A stretch of DNA of 54,375 nucleotides from Desulfonatronovibrionaceae bacterium (GTDB lineage: Bacteria; Desulfobacterota; Desulfovibrionia; Desulfovibrionales; Desulfonatronovibrionaceae). The first letter of the stretch is position 1, and every line of letters begins with the position of its first letter. The notes beneath the pieces were generated by a model. It ran no database searches, was not told the DNA's origin, and was given only the letters and a program-made list of their open reading frames with translations. The DNA lies in assembly GCA_046539845.1 (NCBI GenBank), contig JBKHGE010000011.1:1-54375 (forward strand), in the 5' to 3' direction. Both the position numbers and the translations under genes were made by a program. Below, one piece after another: positions 1 through 9,125 of the stretch.

Positions 1-53
1 GCTGTGATTAATGGTTTTTTTGAGAAATTGTGCTATTAAGTCTGAAAGTCAAG
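1..53. mobile_element. Possible terminal fragment of an insertion sequence abutting the truncated AI-2E gene
   Basis: AT-rich 53 bp ending ...CTGAAAGTCAAG, with stops in all three + frames (5-7, 9-11, 37-39), joined abruptly to GC-rich coding sequence. No transposase in the window. Confidence 0.3.
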
Positions 54-811
54 TCTGGGAGATCGCCCGCAACTATCTGACTCAGGATAAAATCACTTCC
101 TTTCTCCGCGAACAGGACCTATGGGAGATGGCCCATCGGGCGGCACAGAAGATCCTCCCCGGCGCTTGGCAGCTTTTGGCCGGGACAGCCAACCTCCTTT
201 TGGGCCTGATCGGGCTGTTTGTAATAATCCTGTATCTGATCTTTTTGCTCATTGATTACGAGAAATTCCGCTACTCCTGGCGGAACATGCTCCCCCGCAG
301 GCACCGGGAAACCGTGGTCAACTTTATCCAGGACTTCAACCGGTATATGAACCGCTATTTCCGCAGCCAAGCGCTGGTCGCCTCTCTGGTGGGGATACTG
401 TTCGCAACCGGATTTTCCCTGATCGGCCTGCCCATGGCCATAGTACTCGGACTGTTTATCGGGCTTTTGAACATGGTCCCCTATCTGCAGCTTCTGGGAA
501 TCATCCCCACTTTACTGGTCATTATTTTACACTGCCTGGAGACCGGGGCCAATTTCTGGCATGTCCTGGCGGCCACCGGAGGGGTATTCGCAGTGGTTCA
601 GGCCGCCCAGGACGGTTTTTTCATCCCCAAGATAATGGGCAAAAGCATGGGGTTGAACCCGGCCATGATCCTCTTGTCCCTGTCCATTTGGGGCAAACTA
701 CTGGGTATTCTGGGCCTTTTGATCGCCCTACCCATGACTTGCCTGCTCTTGGCCTACTACAATGAGTTCATAGCCGGGCCTGTGCCTCCGAGCGAAGAAT
801 CCGCCTCTTGA
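11..811 (+). CDS. AI-2E family transporter (PerM/TqsA-like), apparently lacking its N-terminus; possible pseudogene
   Basis: Hydrophobic helices with AI-2E motifs (GLLNMVPYL, PKIMGKSMGLNP, WGKLLGILGLLIALP). Only 266 aa, with an in-frame TGA at 5-7. Confidence 0.8.
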   Translation: MVFLRNCAIKSESQVWEIARNYLTQDKITSFLREQDLWEMAHRAAQKILPGAWQLLAGTANLLLGLIGLFVIILYLIFLLIDYEKFRYSWRNMLPRRHRETVVNFIQDFNRYMNRYFRSQALVASLVGILFATGFSLIGLPMAIVLGLFIGLLNMVPYLQLLGIIPTLLVIILHCLETGANFWHVLAATGGVFAVVQAAQDGFFIPKIMGKSMGLNPAMILLSLSIWGKLLGILGLLIALPMTCLLLAYYNEFIAGPVPPSEESAS

Positions 812-824
812 TCCGAGGGAAATT

Positions 825-1802
825 ATGCTCTGTATACACAACAAGACTATCGACCCCTATTTCAATCTGGCTGCCGAGGAATACCTGCTCAAGAACGAGG
901 AGCAAGAGTATTTTCTTTTGTGGCGGAATCCTCCCTCAATCATAGTCGGCCGCAACCAGAACGCCCGGGCAGAGATCAACGAAGAATACGTCCGGGACCA
1001 CAGCATCCCAGTGGTCCGCAGGCTTTCCGGGGGCGGGGCGGTCTTCCACGACCTGGGGAACATCAATTTCACCCTTATCTCCAGAAAGCAGAGCCGTACC
1101 GGGCTCGACTTCAAGCATTTCGCCCGACCCGTGGTCCGCGCCCTGCAGGGCATGGGGGTGCCGGCCGAATTCGACGGCAGAAACGACCTGGCCGTCGCCG
1201 GGAAGAAGATCTCCGGAAACGCCCAGCACGTCTGGAGAGACAGTGTTCTGCATCACGGCACCCTTTTATTCGACTCCGATGTAAAGGATCTGACAAAAGC
1301 GCTTCAGCCGGACGAACTCAAATTCCGGGACAAAGCGGTCAAATCCGTGCGCAGCCGGGTGACCAATATACGGCCCTACCTGCCGAAGGAAGTCACAATT
1401 GAAGGTTTTATGCAGGACCTCCTGCATACGATCCAGACGGACTGGGAAAACAGCTGCATCACTTCTTTTACCCGGACCCAGGAAAAAGCCGTCTACGCCC
1501 TGCGTGACGAAAAATACTCCTCCTGGGAGTGGAACTTCGGGACTGCTCCACCGTATACCCATTCCCGTAAAAAGCGAACGCCCGGCGGGACAGTGGAGCT
1601 GGTCCTTAACGTGCGCAAAGGGGTTATTCAAACGGCCTGTTTTTACGGAGATTTTTTCGGTCAGCGGGATGTAACCGAGCTCGCCGAATGCCTGTGCGGG
1701 GTTCGCCACGACCCCGGGGCGGTGGCAGCAGCGCTCAAAGCCATGCCCATCCGGGAATACCTGTGGGATGTCTCCCTGGAGGACATTCTGGAGCTGGTGT
1801 AG
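825..1802 (+). CDS. lplA: Lipoate-protein ligase A
   Basis: DPYFNLAAEE, VVRRLSGGGAVFHDLGN, GRNDL, KKISGNAQ, HHGTLL motifs plus C-terminal WNFG/GDFF domain. Confidence 0.93.
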   Translation: MLCIHNKTIDPYFNLAAEEYLLKNEEQEYFLLWRNPPSIIVGRNQNARAEINEEYVRDHSIPVVRRLSGGGAVFHDLGNINFTLISRKQSRTGLDFKHFARPVVRALQGMGVPAEFDGRNDLAVAGKKISGNAQHVWRDSVLHHGTLLFDSDVKDLTKALQPDELKFRDKAVKSVRSRVTNIRPYLPKEVTIEGFMQDLLHTIQTDWENSCITSFTRTQEKAVYALRDEKYSSWEWNFGTAPPYTHSRKKRTPGGTVELVLNVRKGVIQTACFYGDFFGQRDVTELAECLCGVRHDPGAVAAALKAMPIREYLWDVSLEDILELV

Positions 1803-2063
1803 CCATCCCGGTCCGCGGTTTTGATTCTGATGTTACTCTCTAAAACTGACAGTTGAACAGGCCTTTATATTTCTGTCCGCTCAAAAAACCAAGAGACGGG
1901 GTAAAAATCAAGGCCGTAGCATGCTCGTCCAAAGGTAAGAATCTGGACTTTTTGCCGCTTTGCGCCGTTGAGGGGTCTTCACCTGACTGTCAAACCGCAC
2001 CGATAAACACTGCCGGCACCTCCGCGCCTTCACTTATATACCTATAAAGACATAACAAGGCTC

Positions 2064-2137
2064 TTTGCATTCTTGGCAAACTGCATTATGCACATTAATA
2101 GACAAGTGTAAAAATTTGTATTTTCGCAAACTGCTTA
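2064..2137 (+). promoter_or_regulatory. Candidate tandem operator upstream of aor
   Basis: Imperfect direct repeat TTTGCATTCTTGGCAAACTGCATTA (2064-2088) / TTTGTATTTTCGCAAACTGCTTA (2115-2137); the first copy contains the dyad TTTGC-N7-GCAAA. Confidence 0.5.
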
Positions 2138-2152
2138 CTTAAGGAGGCGCAT

Positions 2153-3886
2153 ATGGCCAGGTTGTTGCGTATTGACACCGAAAAAAAGACGTCCTCTTTC
2201 CAGGAAGCGGCCGGGGATTACGCCGGACTTGGAGGTCGGGCACTTACCTCCAAAATTATCCGCAACGAGGTCCCCCCCACCTGCCATCCCTTGAGCGCGG
2301 ACAATAAGCTCATTGCCGCGGCCGGCCTCTTGACCGGGACAATCGCGGCCAATTCGGGCCGTATCTCAGTTGGCGGCAAATCCCCCTTGACCAAGGGGAT
2401 AAAAGAGTCCAATTCCGGTGGCGCCTTCGCCCAAAAAATGGCCAAACTGGACATCCTGGGGCTGGTTTTGGAGGGGAAGCCAGCTGAGGAGGCCCGGCCC
2501 TCGGTTGTGTTCATCAACAAGGATGAGGTCAGAATCGAGTCTGCACCTGAATTGGCCGGTCTGGGCACTTACGACACCGTGGCCAGACTTACGGAAAAAT
2601 ACGGCCCTGATGCCGGGATAATGGTCATCGGCCCGGCCGGAGAAAACCTCCTGCTCGGGGCCTCCATCCAATTTACCGATCCCAAGGGCCGGCCAGCCAG
2701 GGCTGCGGGCCGGGGTGGACTGGGCGCGCTCATGGGTTCGAAAAAGATAAAGGCCGTGGTTGTGGATGACAGCGGATGCAAGGCCCCGGAGATGGCGGAC
2801 AAAAACGCCTTCAAGGATGCGGCCAAGCGCTGGGCCAAAATTCTTACCGAGCATCCGGTTACCGGCCAGGGGCTTCCCAGTTACGGCACGTCCATCCTGA
2901 TCAATATCATCAATGAGGCCGGGGCCCTGCCCACCAAGAACTTCCGCGAGGGCCGCTTTGAATTTGCCCAGGACATAAGCGGAGAAAAAATGGTCGAACT
3001 CATCAACGAACGGGGCGGCGTGACCAAGGAGGGCTGTCATGCGGGCTGCGTCATCCAGTGTTCCCAGGAATTCCGCGATGCCGGGGGCAAATACGTGACC
3101 TCGGGCTTTGAATACGAAACCGTGTGGGCCTTTGGTGCGAACACGACCATTAGGGACCTGGACATTATCGCCCAGATGGACCGGGCCTGTGACGACATCG
3201 GCCTGGATACGATAGAGATGGGCAATACCATCGCAGTGGCCATGGAAAAGGGAATTGTCGATTGGGGTGACGGCCCGGCCGCCCTAAAACTCTTGGAACG
3301 GACCAGAGACCCCGGGGATTACCTCGGCCGGATCATTGGCAACGGGGCCGCCTTCACCGGCGAGGCCCTGGGAGTGGACAGGGTCCCGGTAGTCAAGCGC
3401 CAGGCCCTGCCCGCCTACGACCCCAGAGCGGTCAAGGGAGTGGGCGTGACCTACGCCACCTCAACCATGGGTGCGGACCACACCGCCGGATATGCAGTTT
3501 GCCAGAATATACTCAAAGTGGGTGGGGACGTAGACCCATTGTGCAAGGGCGGTAACGTGGAGACCTCCAAGGCCCTGCAGATAGCGACCGCTGCTGTGGA
3601 CTCCACCGGTCTGTGTCTGTTCGTGGCCTTTGCGGTTCTGGACACAGAAGACGCCCTGGAGGTGGTCTCCCGGATGATCAGCGCCCGCTTCGGCATCAAC
3701 TTCACTCCGGAGGACGTAACCAAGGCCGGGACCGCGGTATTGCAGGACGAACTAGCCTTCAACCAGGCGGCCGGACTGACAGCGGCCAGCGACCAGCTCC
3801 CGGAATTCTTTAGCAAAGAGAAACTTCCCCCGCACGGCACCATCTGGGACTACACAGCGGAGGAGCTGCAAAAGGCCAAAGTATAA
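2153..3886 (+). CDS. aor: Aldehyde:ferredoxin oxidoreductase (tungsten AOR family)
   Basis: KSPLTKGIKESNSGG, IGPAGE, AGRGGLGALMGSKKIKA, CHAGCVIQC Fe-S motif, EYET, GLDTIEMG, AYDPR; strong RBS AAGGAGG. Confidence 0.95.
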   Translation: MARLLRIDTEKKTSSFQEAAGDYAGLGGRALTSKIIRNEVPPTCHPLSADNKLIAAAGLLTGTIAANSGRISVGGKSPLTKGIKESNSGGAFAQKMAKLDILGLVLEGKPAEEARPSVVFINKDEVRIESAPELAGLGTYDTVARLTEKYGPDAGIMVIGPAGENLLLGASIQFTDPKGRPARAAGRGGLGALMGSKKIKAVVVDDSGCKAPEMADKNAFKDAAKRWAKILTEHPVTGQGLPSYGTSILINIINEAGALPTKNFREGRFEFAQDISGEKMVELINERGGVTKEGCHAGCVIQCSQEFRDAGGKYVTSGFEYETVWAFGANTTIRDLDIIAQMDRACDDIGLDTIEMGNTIAVAMEKGIVDWGDGPAALKLLERTRDPGDYLGRIIGNGAAFTGEALGVDRVPVVKRQALPAYDPRAVKGVGVTYATSTMGADHTAGYAVCQNILKVGGDVDPLCKGGNVETSKALQIATAAVDSTGLCLFVAFAVLDTEDALEVVSRMISARFGINFTPEDVTKAGTAVLQDELAFNQAAGLTAASDQLPEFFSKEKLPPHGTIWDYTAEELQKAKV

Positions 3887-3921
3887 CCGAATAACCGGCC
3901 CAAAAGGTGTTCTTGACTGGC

Positions 3922-3956
3922 AAAAAGGCGGGTTGACTGACCCGCCTTTTTATTTT
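3922..3956 (+). terminator. Intrinsic terminator after aor (potentially bidirectional)
   Basis: AAAAAGGCGGGT-tgactg-ACCCGCCTTTTT followed by ATTTT. Confidence 0.85.
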
Positions 3957-4110
3957 GAAATAAACCCGGCCGGTTAGAAATCCTGGCCATTGCCGGCCGG
4001 CCGATATATCCTTTAGCGACCCGTTTGCATATACATTCATCCGGCCAAGGGAAAAAGATTAGTTTTCCACCATCCGGACCGGCCGGCGGAAAGGCAGGGA
4101 GCGCAGTTAA

Positions 4111-4347
4111 ATGCCTGAGAATATCAACATCGAAATCAGGTGCTTTGCCACTTTGGGCAAATATGCACCACCTGAAAACACCCTGACCCTGCCTCCTCGG
4201 AGCACAGTCCGGGATGTAATCCGCATTCTGGGCCTCCCGGACCAGGAGGTACGGATAGTGTTTATTAACGCAGAACAGGCAGACCGGGAGAGCACGCTCC
4301 GGGACGGGGACCGCGTTGGTTTTTTTCCGGCTGTCGGCGGAGGTTAG
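4111..4347 (+). CDS. moaD: MoaD/ThiS family sulfur carrier protein
   Basis: 78-aa ubiquitin-like protein: CFATL...LRDGDRVGFFPAVGGG with C-terminal di-Gly; lies next to aor. Confidence 0.88.
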   Translation: MPENINIEIRCFATLGKYAPPENTLTLPPRSTVRDVIRILGLPDQEVRIVFINAEQADRESTLRDGDRVGFFPAVGGG

Positions 4348-4349
4348 CC

Positions 4350-5060
4350 GTGTCCGGCGGACACCAGATAGGCGTTCCTGATCGCTACCTGCGCAACCTT
4401 GGTTCCTTTACTCCGAAAGAACAGGCAAGGCTGCGCAGGTCCTCCGTGTTCGTGGCGGGCGCCGGAGGTCTGGGCGGGAACATAGTGGAGATCCTGGCCC
4501 GGACCGGGGTGGGCAGCTTGACCATAGCGGACGGGGACGTATTCGAGCCCAGCAATCTAAACCGACAGATCCTGGGTACAGAAAAAAATGTTGGCGTAAA
4601 CAAGGCCGAAGCTGCGGTTAAACGCATAAGGGAAATAAACTCCGAGATTCGAGCCTTTTCCAGGCCAGATTACCTTCATCCCGGCAACTTGCCTAAGCTT
4701 CTTGAAGGCCAGGATGTGGTTGCAGACGCCCTGGGCGGAGTGGAGGACAAGAGCATGCTTTTGGGGCAGGCCAGCCAGGCCGGCCTGCCCCTGATCACCG
4801 GATTTGTTGCCGGGTGGCTCGGCTTGGCGGCCGCAGTCGAGCCCGGAGAAGAGGGCCCGTTTCAGTTCTGGCAGGCCCCGGGTGACGCCGGTGCAGAACA
4901 CATCCAAGGATGCATCGCCCCGGTGACCGGTCTTATCGCTTCGGTTCAGTGCAGCGAGATACTGCACATCCTGTGCGGAAGACGCTCCCGCCTCTTCGGC
5001 CGGATTTTGTGCGCCGATTTAAAGGATATGAGTTTTGATCTTTTGCAAACCCGGACATAA
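4350..5060 (+). CDS. ThiF/MoeB/HesA family adenylyltransferase (E1-like)
   Basis: RYLRN, GAGGLG, DGDVFEPSNLNRQ motifs; starts 2 bp after moaD. Confidence 0.9.
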   Translation: MSGGHQIGVPDRYLRNLGSFTPKEQARLRRSSVFVAGAGGLGGNIVEILARTGVGSLTIADGDVFEPSNLNRQILGTEKNVGVNKAEAAVKRIREINSEIRAFSRPDYLHPGNLPKLLEGQDVVADALGGVEDKSMLLGQASQAGLPLITGFVAGWLGLAAAVEPGEEGPFQFWQAPGDAGAEHIQGCIAPVTGLIASVQCSEILHILCGRRSRLFGRILCADLKDMSFDLLQTRT

Positions 5061-5107
5061 GAGGCTATACAGAGGCCATAAGCCAAAACTCGAAGGCAGG
5101 TAAGGCC

Positions 5108-6595
5108 ATGAACCAGGATGCCCGGGCTACTTTCAACGTGGCCCTTATAAACCCGGCAGAGATCATAGAAGAGATATTCTCCCTGGCCCGGGACTACAAT
5201 CTGCAGGCCTTTTTCCCGGAGATCCACATCCATGCCATGACCAAGCACGGGCTGGACAAAGGCCATATATCTCGTCTCAATGCAGCCGGGATCAAGACCT
5301 ACTCTGATCACCGCACCCTTTTGGAGGACAATCCCCAGATCGATACCATTATCCTGCTCAGCAACGACCCCCGGCTGCACCACGAACTGCACTCCGAGCA
5401 TAGCGACGATGAGATCACAATAATCGACTACCGAGCGGCCAAGTTCATGTGGGAGATAATCGTCCAGGAAAGACTATGTTTGAGCTGTCAGACCCATCTC
5501 AGCCATGCCCAGAACCTACTCCGGGCTATTCTGGACGAGGTACGCGAAGATATTTTGCTTTTGGATCTGGACAAGAACATAGTAGACGTAAACAAAAACG
5601 TATACTCTAGGCTGGGCAAAACCAAAGACGAACTTATAGGCCGCAAATGCTGGGAGACTTGGTCCCCCAACGGCGAGGTCTGCGGCACGGAGAGCTATCC
5701 CTGCCCCTTCGACACGGTGATCAAAACCGGCCAAAAGGCCGAGGCCCTGCATACCCGTGTGGACAAGGAAGGGCGGCTCAGCTATTTTCGCATTTATATT
5801 TATCCCATCCGCAACACGCAGGACAAAATCACCCATCTGGTGGAAATGCGGCGGGACATCACCAGCCGCACATATATGGAAAAGAAACTGCAGCAAAGTG
5901 AGAAACTGGTTGCAATAGGCGAACTTTCCACATATATCGCGCACGAGATACGTAATCCTTTGTTCGCCATCGGGGGATTCGCCAATTCCCTTCTGCGCAT
6001 GTCCTCACTGGAGTCCGAAGCCAAACAAAAAGCCCGGATCATCCTGGACGAATCCAAGCGGCTGGACGGGATACTCAAGAGCATCCTCAATTTCGCCCGG
6101 CCGACCGAGGCGGAGACCACGGAAGTGGATGTAAACGAAATTGTGCGGCAGACCATGGAGCTTATGGGTATCGGCTGCCGCAAACAGGGCATTGAGGTCC
6201 ATCTGGATCTGGAGGAGAACCTGGCCCAGGCCAAGGCCAACCCGGAACTGGTAAAGCAAAGCCTTATAAACGTGGTTAAAAACGCCATGGAGGTCATGCC
6301 AAACGGCGGCATCCTGGATATAAACACCACTATCTGCAAACAGTGGGTGTGCATAAGAATCACTGACTCCGGACCGGGAATTGAGCCGGAGATCCAGGAA
6401 AAGATCTTCAACCCCTTTTTCAGCACCAAGGAAAAGGGCTCCGGTCTGGGCCTGGCCATGACCAAAAAGACCCTGGAGGACCTCGGAGGGGCGGTAGAGC
6501 TGAAGAGCAAAAAAGGGGAAGGGACCACTGTGACCATCTCGTTACCCCCGGCCCTGGCCGTACAGGGGCAGGATACTCAAAACATAAACATCTGA
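5108..6595 (+). CDS. Cytoplasmic PAS-domain sensor histidine kinase (NtrB-like)
   Basis: PAS region, H-box IAHEIRNPL, N-box NVVKNAMEVM, DSGPGI, FNPFFSTKEKGSGLGLA; no TM segment. Confidence 0.92.
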   Translation: MNQDARATFNVALINPAEIIEEIFSLARDYNLQAFFPEIHIHAMTKHGLDKGHISRLNAAGIKTYSDHRTLLEDNPQIDTIILLSNDPRLHHELHSEHSDDEITIIDYRAAKFMWEIIVQERLCLSCQTHLSHAQNLLRAILDEVREDILLLDLDKNIVDVNKNVYSRLGKTKDELIGRKCWETWSPNGEVCGTESYPCPFDTVIKTGQKAEALHTRVDKEGRLSYFRIYIYPIRNTQDKITHLVEMRRDITSRTYMEKKLQQSEKLVAIGELSTYIAHEIRNPLFAIGGFANSLLRMSSLESEAKQKARIILDESKRLDGILKSILNFARPTEAETTEVDVNEIVRQTMELMGIGCRKQGIEVHLDLEENLAQAKANPELVKQSLINVVKNAMEVMPNGGILDINTTICKQWVCIRITDSGPGIEPEIQEKIFNPFFSTKEKGSGLGLAMTKKTLEDLGGAVELKSKKGEGTTVTISLPPALAVQGQDTQNINI

Positions 6596-6608
6596 CCAGG
6601 AGAGTCGC

Positions 6609-7232
6609 ATGCCAGAGATAGTACTGGCCACGCGGAACAAGGGAAAAATAAAAGAGCTCAAGTCAGCACTGATTGCCCTGCATCCGGACATAAGTGTTTT
6701 GGGTCTGGACAGCTTTCCGGAGCTGGGCGTAATCCCAGAGACCGGAAGCAGCTTTGCGGAAAACGCCCTGCAAAAGGCCCGGATCGTGTGTGCCCATACC
6801 AACCGGGTCAGCCTGGCAGATGACTCCGGGCTGGTAGTGCCTGCCCTCAACGGGGACCCGGGCATATTCTCCGCCCGATACAGTGGGAAGAACGCCACCG
6901 ACCGGGACAATAACCGCAAACTGCTGAAAGAAATGCAGCTCCTGGAAGGAAAAAAGCGCCAGGCCAGTTTCGTATGCGTTTTGGCCGTCTGCGCGCCCAA
7001 CGGGGAGTCCGTTCTGGCCGAAGGCAGATGGGAGGGCAAAATAGCCCGCAGCCCATCCGGGGAAAACGGGTTCGGCTACGACCCCGTCTTCGAAGATCCT
7101 GAGCAGGGATGTACGGCCGCTGAACTGCCGGCCGGGGAAAAAATGAAAAAAAGCCACCGGGCCCGGGCCCTGAACCGGCTTCTGGACCTGTGGCCGGAAT
7201 TCTGGCACAGGGCCGGACAAACCCCTGGATAA
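6609..7232 (+). CDS. rdgB: Non-canonical purine NTP pyrophosphatase (XTP/dITP diphosphatase)
   Basis: LATRNKGKIKE, ETGSSFAENALQKA, ADDSGL, PGIFSARY, GFGYDPVF, SHRARA. Confidence 0.95.
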   Translation: MPEIVLATRNKGKIKELKSALIALHPDISVLGLDSFPELGVIPETGSSFAENALQKARIVCAHTNRVSLADDSGLVVPALNGDPGIFSARYSGKNATDRDNNRKLLKEMQLLEGKKRQASFVCVLAVCAPNGESVLAEGRWEGKIARSPSGENGFGYDPVFEDPEQGCTAAELPAGEKMKKSHRARALNRLLDLWPEFWHRAGQTPG

Positions 7233-7301
7233 GATTGCAGGGGCTAAAATGGTCCAAATACAGCCAACCGCGTTAAGCAACCTGGAAAAGAGAAAAGCAA
7301 T

Positions 7302-9125
7302 ATGTGCGGAATCATCGGATATACCGGCCACAGACCGGCCGTCCCCTTGATAATAGAAGGCCTGAGGCGCCTGGAATACCGCGGGTATGATTCCTCCGGC
7401 TTGGCCTACACCCACCAGGGGAAAATACAGACCTGCCGGGCGGCCGGAAAACTGCACCGCCTGGAGGACAAACTGGCCGGCCAGGAGACGCTCATGCCCA
7501 CCTGTGCCCTCGGCCACACCCGCTGGGCCACCCACGGCGTACCCAACGAGTCCAACGCCCACCCCCATCTGGATGCGACCGGCGAGCTGGCCATGGTTCA
7601 CAACGGGATCATCGAAAACTACCGCGAGCTCAAAGAAAACCTGGCCCGAAAGGGATACACCTTCTCTTCGGATACAGACACCGAGGTGCTGGTCCAGCTC
7701 ATCGGAGACAAGCTCAAAACGGCCCCGTCTGTAGCTGCGGCCGTGGCCGAGGCTCTGCGTACCGTCAGGGGAGCGTTTGCAATCGTGCTTATCTGTTCCC
7801 GGGAACCTGGCCGGATCTGGGCCTGCCGCAACTCCAGCCCTTTGCTTTTGGGGACCGGGACCGGGGAGAACTTCGTGGCCTCGGACATCCCCGCTTTTTT
7901 GCGCTACACTAGGGAGGTGGTCTTCCTGGAAGACGGCGAGCTGGTGGAAATGGACGCCCACTCCTGGAAAATATACACTATAAGCGATCTGCAAAAAAAG
8001 GCCAAAAAAACCCATCACATTGAATGGGATGTACAGGCAGCACAAAAGGATGGATACAAACATTTCATGCTCAAGGAGATCTTTGAGCAACCCAAGGTCA
8101 TCAACGACTGCCTGAGCGGCCGGCTGGACCGGAAAAACGGGAAGGTGCTCCTGGATGAGCTGGACGAGTTTCCGGTCCCTTCCCGAATGCGTATTGTTGC
8201 CTGCGGGACCTCGTTCCACGCCGGGCTGTGGGCCAAATACATCCTGGAGAAATACTCCCGCATCCCTGTGGACGTGGATATCGCCTCGGAATTCCGGTAC
8301 AGGGACCCGGTCCTGCAAAAGGACGAATTGGTCCTGGCCATCAGCCAGTCCGGAGAGACCGCAGATACCTTGGCCGGGATACGCCTGGCCCGGGAGGAAA
8401 AGGCCCGTGTGCTCGGGTTGTGTAATGTACTCGGCTCCAGTGTGGCCCGGGAGTCGGACCAAGTCCTGTATACCCAGGCCGGTCCGGAGATCAGCGTAGC
8501 CTCGACCAAGGCCATGTGTTCGCAGATGATAACTTTGTACCTCTTGGCCGTGTACTGGGGAAAGCGGTCCGGAGTCCTGGACCCGGAGACAGTCCAGAAC
8601 TCGGTGGCCTCTCTGCAATCTCTGCCGGACATCCTGGAGGCGGAGCTGCCACGGATGCAGGAGAAAGCGAGCCAGTTGGTCCGGGAATACGCCTGGGCCG
8701 GGAGCTTTTTTTTCCTCGGTCGGGGTGCCGGTTTTCCTCTGGCCCTGGAGGGGGCGCTCAAGCTAAAGGAAATATCCTATATACACGCCGAGGGTTATGC
8801 CGCCGGAGAGATGAAGCACGGCCCGATCGCGCTAATTGAACCGGATTTTCCCACCCTGGCCCTGGTCATGGACGACCAGCTGATGCCCAAGGTAATCTCC
8901 AACCTCCAGGAAGTGCGGGCCAGGGACGGCAGACTGATCGTGCTCACCAACACCCGCCCCGAACTGGAAGCAGATCACATCTGGGAGATCCCCAAAGTCT
9001 GGGGACCGCTGAACGCGTTTCTGGCCCTGCCCGCCCTGCAGCTCTTCGCATACGAAGCGGCTGTATACCTGGGCAAAGACGTGGACCAACCCAGAAATCT
9101 GGCCAAAAGCGTGACCGTTGAATGA
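7302..9125 (+). CDS. glmS: Glutamine--fructose-6-phosphate aminotransferase (isomerizing)
   Basis: MCGIIG, RLEYRGYDSSG, GHTRWATHG, SQSGETADT, EGALKLKEISY, PRNLAKSVTVE. Confidence 0.98.
   Translation: MCGIIGYTGHRPAVPLIIEGLRRLEYRGYDSSGLAYTHQGKIQTCRAAGKLHRLEDKLAGQETLMPTCALGHTRWATHGVPNESNAHPHLDATGELAMVHNGIIENYRELKENLARKGYTFSSDTDTEVLVQLIGDKLKTAPSVAAAVAEALRTVRGAFAIVLICSREPGRIWACRNSSPLLLGTGTGENFVASDIPAFLRYTREVVFLEDGELVEMDAHSWKIYTISDLQKKAKKTHHIEWDVQAAQKDGYKHFMLKEIFEQPKVINDCLSGRLDRKNGKVLLDELDEFPVPSRMRIVACGTSFHAGLWAKYILEKYSRIPVDVDIASEFRYRDPVLQKDELVLAISQSGETADTLAGIRLAREEKARVLGLCNVLGSSVARESDQVLYTQAGPEISVASTKAMCSQMITLYLLAVYWGKRSGVLDPETVQNSVASLQSLPDILEAELPRMQEKASQLVREYAWAGSFFFLGRGAGFPLALEGALKLKEISYIHAEGYAAGEMKHGPIALIEPDFPTLALVMDDQLMPKVISNLQEVRARDGRLIVLTNTRPELEADHIWEIPKVWGPLNAFLALPALQLFAYEAAVYLGKDVDQPRNLAKSVTVE

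Noticed and set aside
2071..2092. Sigma54 promoter before aor (also considered before the CA gene and echA)
   Set aside because: GG-N10-GC spacing is not satisfied at any of these sites.
3957..4110. Moco/Tuco riboswitch upstream of moaD
   Set aside because: Only a GGAAAGG-like 3' piece resembles the motif; the other conserved elements were not found by eye. An Infernal scan would settle it.
7233..7301. glmS ribozyme
   Set aside because: Only 69 bp separate rdgB and glmS, and no ribozyme core is visible.
6663..8618. 651-aa ORF antisense to rdgB/glmS
   Set aside because: Shadow frame of GC-rich, codon-biased genes; no recognisable motifs.
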